64,000 bases of DNA from Hyphochytrium catenoides (lineage: Eukaryota > Protista > Hyphochytriomycota), in assembly GCA_900088475.1 (NCBI GenBank), contig FLMG01003887.1, forward strand, positions 242 through 64,241, in the 5' to 3' direction. Below the pieces are notes generated by a model. It was not told the DNA's origin. It worked only from the letters and a program-made list of their open reading frames with translations, and ran no database searches. Every line of letters starts with the position of its first letter. The stretch's first letter is position 1. Made by a program: the position numbers and the translations under genes. Shown here piece after piece: positions 10,201 to 23,269 of this stretch.

Positions 10201-13200
10201 CTATATACCATAATTCTATCTCTGCATAACCTGTGATGCTTTCCTGTGTTTTCACATTGTGGACGCGGCTGTGGCATTCCTCAAGAAGCATTCTTGTTAC
10301 CTCTCCCCTATCGCACATGGCAGTATATGTTGATATGGATGCCTCTTCCTTGCCAGCCTTTCCTTGCCACAACGTTCCTGACTTGCCGCCCTATCCTCAA
10401 TAACAGAACCTGGTCTTAGCCCATTTGAGCCAGCCCAAGCAGCCGGAAATGCTTTCAATATGTCTTCCTACCCTCCTCCGTTCCTCTTTGTCCCGACCAC
10501 TGCCAATCCTGGGGACACGTCTGCACAGACCGAGCCCGCTCTCAATTTCAGCTCCTGCGGCTACTTTCTGGAAGCTCGAGGACCCACCATCTTGTTTGTC
10601 AACTCAGAAGAGTTCAGGGCACCTGTTAAGGTACAGCTTGACCGAGGGTGTCTTACTACTCTCCCTTCTTGTACATTATACTATCCGCCGTCGACTTTCC
10701 TCGCCCTGAGCATTGTAGTGTCGGGGTAGAGTCACGCTATTCCGAAGCCGCCGCTCTTGCTGACAAGCTTACCTTACTGTTCTTAATGACGGTGTTACCT
10801 TCTTCTGGCCTTGAATGCTCAATGAGTCCGCCGTGTCATTCGCGTCGCGTTCACATGTGTTGTAGGCTATTATTCGCAAGAAAGGATTAACCGACGAGCC
10901 AACTAGATGGAGCTACACGAATTGGCACTTTCTATTCGATATTTCTCCATACAATGTCCGCTTCGAATCCATCTTCCAGCAGGGGGAGCAAGTCATAGCG
11001 GAAGAGGGGGACTATGCAGGCGTTGTTGCCAATATCCCCTCTGTGGCTGCATCCATTGGGCAGAATTACTCATCATTTTTCATCTATACTGAAGGCAGGC
11101 CATTCGAGGTTGACGTCCCAGGAGGTAAGATATCTTGTCATGCAAATGAATTGATTCTGGTGGCGTGGTTCTGGCGTCCGGTCTGCTGCTGTCCTCACTC
11201 CCTGGCCATACTGTCCTCCTCTTCGTTACGCAGATCACAATGTTTTTCTTCGTGGTCTGACGTCTCAAGATACGGTTCAGTCCATATATCAGGACAGTCG
11301 ATTTCAGCCTACGGATCAGTTTCTGTGCAATATTCCCGTGATGATTGGAGAATATCGTGAGTAATTTGCGTAGGAGTGAGCAGTGTGGATGTTGACGTTC
11401 TGTGCGCTGCTATCTATGGCCTTCCAAAGCCAAGAAGTTATCTTCCCTCTTTTGAACAGTTGGCTTTTTGGTCTACAACCACTTCATTTGCCTTGGTCAG
11501 TGGTACGCTCAATCGTTTTCGGGATATGTCTCTATCAACTAGTGGGTTCTGGTCTCTTGAAGGGTGAATCTGACCGACGTATTTTTGCAGAGTCAAGTAG
11601 CTGGTCCACGATTTGGCTAGTCTGTATTAGTGGAGCACTTGTCGCTGTCTTCCTCACGTTCGGCATCTCTTTATTTCTTGCCAAAGTCGGACTCTGCCAT
11701 GCCAATTCCAGGCGGTATGACACCTTCCTCCTTGCTGAGACAATCTTGGTCGCTTGCTCTGTCCCGTTGCTTTGGTTCCTTGCCAGCTGCTTATGTCTCT
11801 TCACTGTTTCCACGCAACTGTTTGGTGGAGACATTCGTCTTTATGCTAAGGTTAAGCATTGCTTTTAGGTCGTTTTGACAAATCGTTCATTTCCATGCCA
11901 AGTCTAATAATAACTACTTCCCTTCCGATGTCTACTGATTGTCGATGAGCAGCGATAATTGGCTTTACCTATTGAAAGAAGTTAGGGAACATTCCTCATG
12001 GAAGCGCAAAAACCGCTTCAAGTCGTTTGCTCCTGTCCGCCAGCCACGAAATTCGGAAGACCCACATGCAACGACTTCGTCTTTTAAAGAGCTAGACAAG
12101 GTACGTTTACTCTTCTAAAAGCACTTGACGGAGCTTCAGCATCGGTCCAGAAGTCTGTTCTTATCTTTCCTATCACCTTTCATCTCCTCTTGGCTATTCC
12201 AGCACTTGCCCTCTGCGCTACCCATTCCCAACTTGTCTGTAGATCAACTAGTATTCGAGTACTTTGCCTATTCATTACATATGGCAGTCTAGGTTCTGAT
12301 ACTCTAGTCTTTGCTCTACGGTTCCTCGCAGGGAAGTAGCAAAGTCTTGCGGGCACGATTTCCATCTAAGCAGAGCACCACCAGGATTGTAAGCAAGCGC
12401 TACCCTCATCTTTCGTTCAAGATTTCCGGAGGGGAGGGCATCGATCTGCTTTCTCCGTCTGAAGCCATCTCCTTCCCATTTCACTCTGCGACTTCCCAAA
12501 CTGTGGCACACTCACTTGGGGGAAATAGCTCGGGTGAGCTGAGAGCTAACGGTCATGGGCAGTCCATAAGTACTCCTCCAGCCTCATTCAAAGACTTGGA
12601 AGACGAAGAAGCACAGCCAGAAAAACGAGAAAGGGAGACTGACGAAGATGGCGCTGAGGGAGGTATTGCCGTTAAGGAAGAGCTCAATGGGCCGAAGGTC
12701 AAGTTATTCGTTGATGCGGAACGTACCTTCTCCGCCATGTATGCCGCACTTGTGGCTGCGGAAGAGCAGGTTTGGCGTCTAAACTCTCCTTTCTCCCACT
12801 TCCTTTTCTACACATCCATGCTACACTGTGGCTTCCAGGTTACCGCTGGGTTTGCTATCGGTGGTTACACTTTCAGTTCTCGCTTGGTTTTCCCTAATCC
12901 TTCCATTAGCCTTCTATAATACACTCTCCCGTGCGGCATCTAGCTGACGATCACTCTATACGCTATAGATTTTGATTGCAGGCTGGTGGATCTGTCCTGA
13001 CGTCCACCTTGTACGGAAACCTCATCTTTTTGGAGATAGCAAGTTGGACAATCTTCTGTTAAAGAAAGCGGAAGGTGAGTTCTACTAGCATCTCGGGCCC
13101 TGCTCCACGCATTTCTGCACTTTCTGCTCTCCTTCTTCATAAGGGAGAACCGAGCATCTCGGGAAACCTAGTGTTTTTACAGCCAAATGGGCGCTCATGG

Positions 13201-16200
13201 AAAGAAGTAATGCGTTTCGAACAGAAAAGTAGATCTCTCGGCGGTCTCTAACTCTTGCCCCTCGTGCCTCGTGCCTCACGGTGAATTCGGTGCGCTCGAT
13301 TCTTGCTCTTTATCATCATCAAACCCCGACTCAATGTGGCGCAGAGGGGGTAGAGATCTACATCCTAATGTACAAAGAAGTAGCGCTGGCACTGACATTG
13401 AATAGTGCGTACACAAAGAGGCGGTTGATGCAGCATCAGAATATTCACATTATCAGACATCCCGAGGACTTCCAGCTGCTGGACCTGGGTTTCTGGTCTC
13501 ATCATGAGAAAATTCTCTGTGTCGACCAGAGGGTTGCCTTTGTGGGAGGTAGGAAGAGCCACAAGATTGCAATTTCCTGAACCCTCACTATACATCTGAG
13601 CCTTTTTACGAGCTACGTGCAGACCTTTTTCGTGAGAGGCGTGTTTGATTGTATCTCGTCCGTTGGCTAGTGGTACGCTTTTCGACTTTTGTTCTGCCAA
13701 TTGACCCGATCTTTCCCTTGCAGGTTTGGACCTTTGTTTTGGTCGGTGGGACACTCCCGATCACAGACTAGTCGATAGTGAACAGCCTTACACCTGGCCT
13801 GGAAAAGACTACTCGAACCCCAGGCAAGAAGCTGCACGTTTCACACTAGCTCCCGCTGTGGCTCTATTGTCCGTTCCATAAAATCCTGTTCTTGAAAGCT
13901 TGCTATGTTGACCCGCCAAATTGCGGTACCTGTCAGATTGCGATTACGTCTTTCTTCTAACACCTTCTTCGTGGACACAGGGTAAAGGACTTTGTTGAGC
14001 TGGACAAACCTTATGAAGATCTAGTTGATAGAAAATCAGTCCCAAGAATGCCATGGCACGATGTCCACTGCGGGTAAGTAGAGATAAAACGTACGAGGTT
14101 AAGCCTATGGAGACGCTGTTGGTAGTCTCCCAGGAGCCTTACGTCCTCTGGTCTGCAGTGTCTTTGGTCTACCAGCTCAAGATATTGGACGACACTTTGT
14201 GCTTCGGTGGAACTACATTTGTATGGGAGTGCGCTATGACCTTAAGACAGGTGAGGGGGAACGGAGTTAGTCGCAAGTATTGTCGCCTTCCTGTGGACCT
14301 CTTTTCAAGGTTTCTGATAGCTACATTTGTCATGCGAGTTGGCCAGAGTGCTCTGATGGCAAGAACTACTGATGTTGGTCATTCGCTTGTCTTCAAACTC
14401 CACCCTGTTCTCTCTCCTTTATTGGCATGGCTGCCTGGCTCTCCAACAGTTGCCTTTTATGTTCACTCTTATCAAGTACTCCCATTCACTGTGGATCACG
14501 CGACTCTTTAGGTCTTTGTCGCTGTTTTCGGCGGCGTCGGCTTCGTCGTGTCGAAAAGTGCCTGATACCCTACGACTATCAGAATATCTCTGATTCCACG
14601 TCGAGCGAAGATTTTGCTCGCTCTTTTGTGGAGGAGCAAGGACCAACTTCTGCTCCACAAAGGTGGATAATAGGGCGTTTAGGGATGCTTTACCTGTTAC
14701 CCTGCCATTGTTGCCCAATTCTACTTTGCCCTGTCTGCTGTCGCATTTGGCCTCCTGGAACGTTTTGTTGACGCCCGTTTCGCCCGTTTCCGTTGGCTGT
14801 CCATCCTTTTGTAATGTCTACCTCTCTTTCGTTCTACTTGGCGCGGTCCGTCTCCTAGGTAATCCTCTGCCGGGGGATAACGCCCGTCGCTAGTGTGCAC
14901 GACGACCTTACCTGTTGTCCATCCATTCCTGAGCGATCTCTGAACAGGCTTGCGCTAACATTGAGCTATATTTTCCCATCATCCAACCCTTTAGTGGGGC
15001 TCCATCAATTTTGGAAAACAACAAGCCTAGTAAAGTCAAAACTCAGGATGTAGTCAAGGTTCCTTCCTCCTCAGCAATGTTGCAGCAGCCTCTACCACCC
15101 CGGTTGTCGGCGCATGGAGGGATAGAGAGGTAGGGAGTGTTGACAATCCTCCACTTCATCATTTCTCGTGCTTTGGTCCGCTAAGTGACAATTGCAATAC
15201 TTGGACCGAACCAGGCTGCTAACAGAGAAATGGCTGCGGACGGCCAGCGCCGTAAGCGAAGACAACTGGGTGGACGCTCAGTGTCAGGTTATTAGGAGTC
15301 TATCCAAGGTACGTAGCGCTTTCCAGACGTCGAGTTTGCTTTGCTTGCTTGTCGCCGTCCCTCACCATTTCTCTCAGCTCACTATCCTGTGTAGGGTGTT
15401 ATGCCAACTCTCCTCTTTCAGCTTAGCGCTCATCGTGTCTATCGTGGTCTATATACCTATTAACGCCGTTCTGCTGATTTTTATATTTTCTTCCTTAGTG
15501 AAGCGTTACATTGCGTTATTGCGTTACGTTTGTGGGTCACCCATGCTCTGCACCATGGCATTTTTTGACCTCGCTTCTTTGGGTGGACCCTGCCGCCTCA
15601 CCCTTGGCTGATCGTCCACTCACCCACCCCACCAACTCCGTTCTGTGTGACCCTTCATGCCACGTAGTGGTCAGGCGGCATAAGAACTGAAGCCAGCATT
15701 CAGAACGCCTATATCAAGCTTATTCATGGCGCCAAGTCATTTATTTATATAGAAAACCAGTTTTTTGTCTCCGGCCTGCAAGGGACTTTTGACGTCAAGA
15801 ACCGGGTGTTGCAGGCGCTTGTTGAGAGGATCACAGAGGCCATCGAGAAAGGAGAGATCTTTCGGGTTATTGTTGTTATGCCTCTTCTCCCAGCGTTCGA
15901 AGGTGAAGTAGACGGAGGGCAGGCATCTACGTTGCATGCTGTGATGCACTGGCAGGTAAGAAAGCTTAACTTTCCAGCTGCAGAAAGCATTGGTTTTACG
16001 ATTCTCCTTTATGTCTTCTTCCACTCCTTGTGGTTTCTCGCCTTCCCTCATTGTTGTCCTGCTGCTAGTATCAAACCATATGCAGAGGAGGACAGTCGCT
16101 GTGGGAGAAGGTTGCAGAATTGACTTCGTCACCTGAAAGCTATGTGGCTTTTTTCGGTCTCCGGACTTATGATACACTTCCTAACGGAGAGTTTGTGACG

Positions 16201-19200
16201 GAACAAATATATGTACATAGTAAATGTATGATAGTTGACGATAGAAAGGTGCTTATAGGGAGTGCCAACATCAACGATAGGAGCCTCAATGGGCACAGGT
16301 AAACATCGCCGTCTATCTTCGAAGTCCCTTCTCAGTCTTCCTACCCAAAGACATGCCCATGAAGGTCTATGCTTTCTTCCTGACTCGGAATGACTCCTCT
16401 CTGGGACCTGACTCCAAAGTGTTTGTTTTGATGTCGCGTCGCGTCGCGTCTTTCACTTCCGTCTTGGCCTTCTCCGAATTCTCATCTGTACTTACCTACA
16501 CCTCCCACCTCACTTCGTTTTCAATTGGGCTTTCCCCTGTTTTACTCTCAACGCTGGGTGCCGTATCCTTTGTAGGGACTCCGAGATCGCTGTGGTAATA
16601 GAGGACGTCAACTTCATTGAAGGCTTCCTCGCTGGTAAACCCGCAGCGTTGGGAGTCACCGCTCATCAGCTTCGCCTCTCTCTTTTTAGAGAGCACCTAG
16701 GGATACAAGAGGACAACGATGAGAAGATACGGCAGATCCTGGATCCAGCTGCAGACGAATGTTGGGTGAGCGTCTTTTCCTTCTCAGATCGTGTACATAC
16801 TAGTTGACCTCTCTTTCTGTTTGCAAGGTGGTATCTCTTCTTTTTGCATCCCCATGCGAATACCACTGGCTTGTTGCTCCCCTTGCCCCTAGTTCTTCGA
16901 CGTAGCTCCTAACATGCTGTCCATTCTTCTCTCGCTGTTAGTCATTCACACTTCTGCGTAAACTTTCGTTGACCGAGTTTCTTCGTTTCACCATATGCCT
17001 GCCTTTCTCAGGGGTATATTAATGCAAGGGCAAAAAAGAACACTGACATCTACGAAGCAGTTTTTCATCCATTCCCGTCTGATAGAGTAAAGACCTTTAA
17101 CGATATTCGGTACGGTTGACTGCATCCACTGCCCCTTCTTTCTCTCTTTTGGGATGGACCCAGTCTTGACGTTGCGTCTCTAGCTCATAGTGTACCCTCG
17201 TCCTAGTGTAGTTTCAATGCTGATTTCGTATCCCGTCCGGGCTCATATTTATCCCTTTCTTCTATATGCTGCATCTTGTTACGCCCAGCGGCTATGAGCT
17301 GGACGAAGTCTTCGAAAATCAGCGACACAACCGACTGCGAATGCAGCGGTGGTCGCAGGACAATTTGAATGAAGATGATCCACCTTCCTGGTGCGACATA
17401 GCTGGCAGACCAGTCACAGGTAAGCAAAAGAGATCACTCCTCACTAAAGCCTCAAATGTTAAGTTCGAATTAGTCCCTGAATAGAAGTACTTGAGGGTCG
17501 TGCATGGGAGCTTTGTCATCTAGGAATGGGTGACGTATTGAATATGCTGTCTGGCATAGGTTTTTGATGTTTCTTCTTTCCCAAACCTGTACAAGGTCAC
17601 GCCTTTGATCTCTCGGGCTGGGTAGTGGCAAAGCCGTCAGAGGAGGAAACTCTCCCGACAGACGAGGAAGGCTGGGTCTACGCTTTCTCATTCTCTACGC
17701 TTAACCTTCCTATTCATGAGCGACCAATCTGGACAGGGACAGCTCTCAAGTAAGCGGATCGACCTTCATTTATCCATGAATTCCTCTCTGATTTATTGGG
17801 ACATTCTCCTTTTGACCATCGCTGTTGACTTCTATCATATTCTCTCCTCGCTTGCTTCGTCTTCCTCCATTATTGTCGACATCCCTGAAAGTTATCTCTT
17901 CTTCCCTTATCACGTTCTGAGGTCCACTATCTTTGCTTCGTCGCATAGTAACGGATCTTGAACTTTCTATAGGCCCATTGCTGCTGTCCGACGCCGTCGA
18001 TGGGTACGCGCGGAACGCCTCTCTGGGTCAGAGGTTCTTATCACGCCCAGAAACTCTGGACCGAATATTCACAAGCCGGGGCCAGATGCCATGAGTGCTC
18101 TCCACCGACTGGTCAATGAGGAGGAACGAGAGGATAGGATTGCAGGCAGGAAAGACACAGTTGAGATAATGTAAGCTGTCCTGCTCTTCCTTTGCTCTTG
18201 TCCCCTCTTACAATGGCTAACTTGAGTGATATTTTTCCGTGCAGAACGCCGCGTCAGGACTCTCCATCCTCTTCCTTCCCACCAGAAGGAAGCCAGAGGA
18301 GAGGAAGGAAGGATTCCTCTGCATTTTGGATTGAAGGGATGCTGGACTTGGCGAAGAGTCAGGCTCAAAGTCTTCTCTCGTCCACCGCGGCAGCGGGTAC
18401 ACAAATTATGCAGAGATTAGACAAGAAGGCTGAAGAGAATCCCAGTTCTAATTCCCCCCCAGTACGTCCTCCCAGCTGCGGGCAGATTTCTACCTCTTCA
18501 TTCGAGATGCCATGCTATTCAGTCTGCCTGCCCATTCGTCTGTTGGTTTCTGTTATTCTGAAGGGAAGCTCTCGAAATCTTAGGTTGTCCTTCAATTGAC
18601 CTCTAATTCTGTTTTCTTTCATTCTCTTTCTTCCTGTTTCTGTCTCTTTCTCACTCTGCTCGTTCTCTCCATGCGGACGCTGATCTTCTTGCATTGCCTT
18701 CAGATGAGACTTGAGGATGCGAACAAGCTGAATCAAATCAACACGCTCACTCGAGTGCCAAAAGGTGGAGGAGGAGTACCAACAGAGGATTATCTAGCGG
18801 GAATGGATCTCATTGCTGGAGACAAAGAGGAGGAAGAGGAAGAGGATGAGGACAAGGAGTATGACATAAGTGGCATTATTCTCGATACTCTGCAGACAAT
18901 GAAAGAGAGGAAAGGGCCTGACGAGGGAACTCTTGCGCCTCCTCCAGATGGATCTGCAGAGAGAGTCATTCCACGTGAAAAAGGTGTACCTTCATCTGGA
19001 TCTTCACCTATCCTCCCTACGCCTGTGGCAGAAGAAGAGAAGCGCGCATCTTTCTCTCCGGCGTGCCCGCCGTCTTCTTTCGTAGACGCGAAGTTAGTGG
19101 ACACTGTGACGAGCCCCACTGCGCTTAACTATTTAGCAGAAATGGACCAGTGGAACCGAGGCATCATCATGAAGAGGCTTTCGAAGATTGAAGGCAACTT

Positions 19201-19276
19201 AGTGAAGTTTCCTCTGCAGTTTCTGGTGAATGAGAATTTGAAGCCTTCGATGCTGCCCAAGGATTTGCACATATAG
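7221..19276 (+). CDS. Multi-exon phospholipase D of the PX-PH (PLD1/zeta) lineage with transmembrane insertions and a DysF insertion; start codon uncertain
   Basis: Spliced exons give PX-like QNFLELS, PH-like [49 protein letters not shown]1 (HHEKILCVD), [29 protein letters not shown]2 (VHSKCMIVD...GSANINDRS), [10 protein letters not shown] and C-terminal [13 protein letters not shown]. Stop ends at 19276. Confidence 0.93.
8768..8857 (+). repeat. 44-bp tandem duplication spanning a PLD 3' splice site
   Basis: ctgatctcacttttccaatcccttc-acttggtt-gcttagggctac is followed by ctgatctcacttttccaatcccttc-gtatgatt-gcttagggctac (copies start at 8768 and 8812). Confidence 0.95.
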
Positions 19277-19768
19277 ATCAGAAAGTAGAGAGAGATGGCT
19301 GAGAGGTGATGGACACGACGATGTATACTAACGGACAGCTGCCTCCTCGGTAAAACTGTATAGCTTTGTATAATGTATATGGACAACCACTAGCCGCCTT
19401 TTCATGTATCTCTCTCCTCACTGTAAAAGCTGCTACTCTGAGGTCTGGTACATAGCCTCACCGTCCATTGCAGAGAGCGAAAGGTGGAAAGATACTATAT
19501 AATATGCTATCAGCAGTCGTTCCCGGAACAGCGAAGGGCACTGGTGCGTTCTGAGTAATTCTTAGGCAGTCTCTGTGGCCCAGACTCCATAGCCCATACA
19601 CAGTCTACATCCAAAAGCTGATAGGAGGCAGCCAGTGAATGCCAAGCTAAGATAATGTATGAGGAGAGACCTGGTGAACCTACGACTGATGGCGTGTGGA
19701 CGAGATGAAGAAGAGTGCAACAGATATCTTAAAGCCCCTGCTAACAAGAAGGAGAAGAGAGGCGCAGG

Positions 19769-22700
19769 CTACTGTCGTCTTCTGATGGGAAGGGGCGGAA
19801 GGCTCTCTATCAAGCCAGAGGACGAAGAGAGAATCAGTCCTCGGCCCTGACAATCCCGCAAGACTTTCTCCCTCTTTTGATCGACTTCCCTGCGCGGAGG
19901 TACTGGACTTAGTCACAAACTTTGGTGTCCCCCTTAGGACTAAGCCTGTCTCTTCCACACTTGGTATCAAGCCCTCTCCATCCTCCCTATCTTCCTGGCG
20001 ATCACCTAACCTCGTTGGTCATCAGCTCTCGTCCTTTCTCTCTTCCTCCCCCATCTTTGTCACAAAGCTCTCTGCTTCCCAGGAGATTCTCTCACCTGCA
20101 ATGAGGGTGATCGGACCCATACACAACCTCTAGAGTTGCTTTTGCCCTCGTGTAGCATGTCAAAGCATCCAAGGGTTGAAAGACAATGGATGATAAAGGA
20201 GGAAATAGACCCTGAATGCACGGCCACATTAGAGTGAAGGACCGGCCAGACGATAGAGCACGGTCCGAGGTAGGGGTCTCCTACAGAGACATCGCTGAAC
20301 TGATGTCTCTGTGGCCTCGAGCTGAAGGTGGCCTCGAGCCAGAGAAGGAGAGAAGGAAGAGAAGAGAGAAAGACCACGAGAGAGAGGGTCAAGGAGGAGC
20401 ATATACAGACCGAGAGGGAGAAGACGAAATCGGGTAGCAGATAGAGGATGCTGAAGATGCTATAAGGGAAGTGAGGGAGATTATGAATCCACCTTCATCT
20501 CCTCGGATTCTTCAGAAGGCATTATATCTCTGGACCGCTGACAGTGCTCGATGTAATCTGCTTCATACACGAGAGACAACGGGACGCCATGCATAGCTGG
20601 AGAGCACAGATGTGAGAAACCACTTCGGATAGAGAAGACGAAGTCTAGAGAGGGAAGAGTCGCCTTTGACGTCCATCTCCCTCACTCTCTCTCTCCTCCC
20701 TCTCACACTTAACCAAATAAGCTCCTCACCTTACCTGCAATATCATCGCCCAGGTATTCGTAGCACCAGCCAAGTACATTACTAGGCCGAGGATAGGACG
20801 AAGAGAGAAAGCAAAGACGAGCACGCATATGATAAGCCGCTCGAGCAAATCTGAAGTCCATCTGCAGGCAATCGATCAGCCACCCAAGAGAGGCCATTAG
20901 GTGCCGTAAGAGAGAGAGAGAGAGACATATGAGGCACAGCCATGACATCGGGGGTATCAGAAGGGAAGATAAGGGGACGGCGAAGGAGTCTAAAAACAGT
21001 AGAGATAGAGTCTAAACTGACGGAAAGGAAACAATTGCGGAGCTTGAGCTAAACCTTGGAACCGCAGATGAAATGGACGAGTTGGGATAGGGGAAAGCGC
21101 CGGTGCAGTGCAGGACATAAACAAGCTGGAAAGAGAGAACGTAAGAAGGAAGAATGGGGAAGAGGGCAGAAGAAGACCCTTGCGAAGGAGAAAGCGGGCA
21201 TCGAGAGCCAGAGAAAGAAGTGCAAAAAAGCACCTTGAAAAGGTCATGGAGCAGATCGTGGGCCATAGCAACGATCCAGTGATTTTCAGCAAGTCCATGT
21301 TTAAAACATTCTCCATAGAGAGAGAGTAGAGGGGAGGGAGAAAGAAGAGAAGAGAAGTGATCATGCATGTCTTCTATTTTCAAAGCGGCTTTGGCTTCAA
21401 ACGTAAGAAGCTCTTTGAAGTCTTTCTCATCCGCTTTTCTGAGACAATGAGGACACGCCGGAGCAAAGCCTGATAGACAGAAGGATTGGCCTCAAAGAAG
21501 GAAAGAGCCTTAACGCGAAAGGACAGGCAGAGACGAACAACAGGAGAGCAGAGAGAAGAAAGAAAACGCTAGGACCGAGAGAGAGACGGGGAAAGGTTAA
21601 AAGAGAGAGTCTACCAGACCCAAAGAGAAGAAAAGAAGAGAAAAGTGAGAAGGAAGTTGGGGAATGTCTTGGCGTTGTCCCAACTCTAAGTTCAAGAGCA
21701 AAGGCCAACATGGGATTGAGGAGCTGCTCTCCTGAATGTCGGAAGAAGAGACAATTGTTGTTCGATAGAAGCAGCACCTTCGTCGTCTTCCTCTTGAAGA
21801 AAGATTAGTCCGTCGCATGCACCGCAGCGTACACCTCTTGTCCTCTCCTCTTCTTCAACCTCTTTGTTGCGGCCAGTGCTCTTTGTCCGATAGCTGCAGC
21901 GAGGGCATGAGCAGAGAAAGTACTTGGAGTCAAGGAGAAGAGCTTGGCGATAGGAAGGAGGCTGCCACCTCTCTTGCAGAAAGTAACTATGGGTAATCTC
22001 TTCTCCTATCTCTATTGGACACAAGGCGCGCAGCTCCATCGTTTGACCTATGGGCAAAAAGCAGGAAACAGAAGGGTGAGAAAGTGATGGGACAAAGAGC
22101 ATTGTCACAATAGCCAAATGATTTACCTAGCTGTCGCTCATTTTCTCTTACCTTTCTCCTCCCTAACTCCTATACCCTCCTCTTCTCTCTCTCTCCCTCT
22201 CTGCTGTGTGTCTCGATCTGTCTGTCTCTCTATCTACACAGCTACACCCACCCACACATTCTCATTTATTTCTTTATCTCTGTTGATTTTTTGCTCCGTC
22301 TACCACTACGGCAGTGTCCCACCTTCCATGTTCCAGTTAGCGTTTGGTAGGCATGAGTGGTTGATCAAGCTGGTACAGAGAAAGAGACCCAAAGCCCCGT
22401 CTGAGACCCCAAACATGTTCGCAGAGGCAATCAGACAGACACGTAAGAGGAGGGCAGAAAGCGGACTCTCCTCCCTCTCATCGCGGCCTTCTCTCAGTAC
22501 TTTTCTTTTCATGGAAAGCGGGAGGAGACCTAGGAGTTGTTCGCACCGCTGGTCGCTTAGCCTTTGTCTAATGTTAGAAAACCAGAGAGGGAGTTTCCCG
22601 ACCGCTCTCTCTAGCTGGGAAAGGAAGTGGCTTGGAATTGCTTCCAGAGGCGGACAAAAGAGAGAGAGAACCAGAGAAGACTGTACCTCCTCGGGTTCTA

Positions 22701-23269
22701 AGGAGAATTGGACAGCGGCAAGCAGAGTTTTAGAGTCAACCCCTCCTCCTCCACCTTCCTCTTCGGACGTGGAGCACCAAACGTCAAGGTCATCCACACT
22801 GTCTACAGCGGTAACAGGACAGGAAAGGATGTCAGGACGAAGAGGGAGCCCGAACATAGAGTGATAACCATCAGATGCCAAGAAAAAGACAGAAAAGAAA
22901 TAGGGAAGTGGTAACAGAAGGAGACTGCAAGAAGGATGGGCTCCACTGGGAGCAAATAAGGAAAGAGAGAGATCAAAGAGAGGGAGAAGAGAAATGGCCT
23001 CCACCTCCCAGGTCCTCAGTATTCATGGTCATCAGCGCTTCTTCTCTAAAAATCACATCGCCAGCTTCAAACGCACAGCGGGCGAGGAGAACTCGCCCTC
23101 TCTCCGCTGTCACATGAGGAAGAACTCTGTTGCTCTCGTCTTTCTCAACTTTGTGGCACAGCCTTTCCCAGGAAGTGAGATACTTGTGCAAGCTTGTCTC
23201 TTCTGTCTCCTCTTCTTCGTATTTTCCCAAGCCTTGTCTCTCTTTCTTTCTCCAAACTGTCCTGCTCAT
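19769..23269 (-). CDS. SMYD-like SET-domain lysine methyltransferase, multi-exon
   Basis: N-SET GRVLLARCAFEAGDVIFREEAL; SET core GLFLCTSLINHSCLPNA and LRALCPIEIGEEITHSY; post-SET YFLCSCPRC; further CxxC pairs (CGAC, CPHC); C-terminal TPR-like AKATLEVVYGSDHP. The hand-spliced last exon ends at a TAG at 19769. Confidence 0.85.

Noticed and set aside
11383-11868. 161-aa hydrophobic ORF as a stand-alone gene
   Set aside because: Only 11591-11714 fits the phase-consistent exon chain; the rest looks like read-through of pyrimidine-rich intron.
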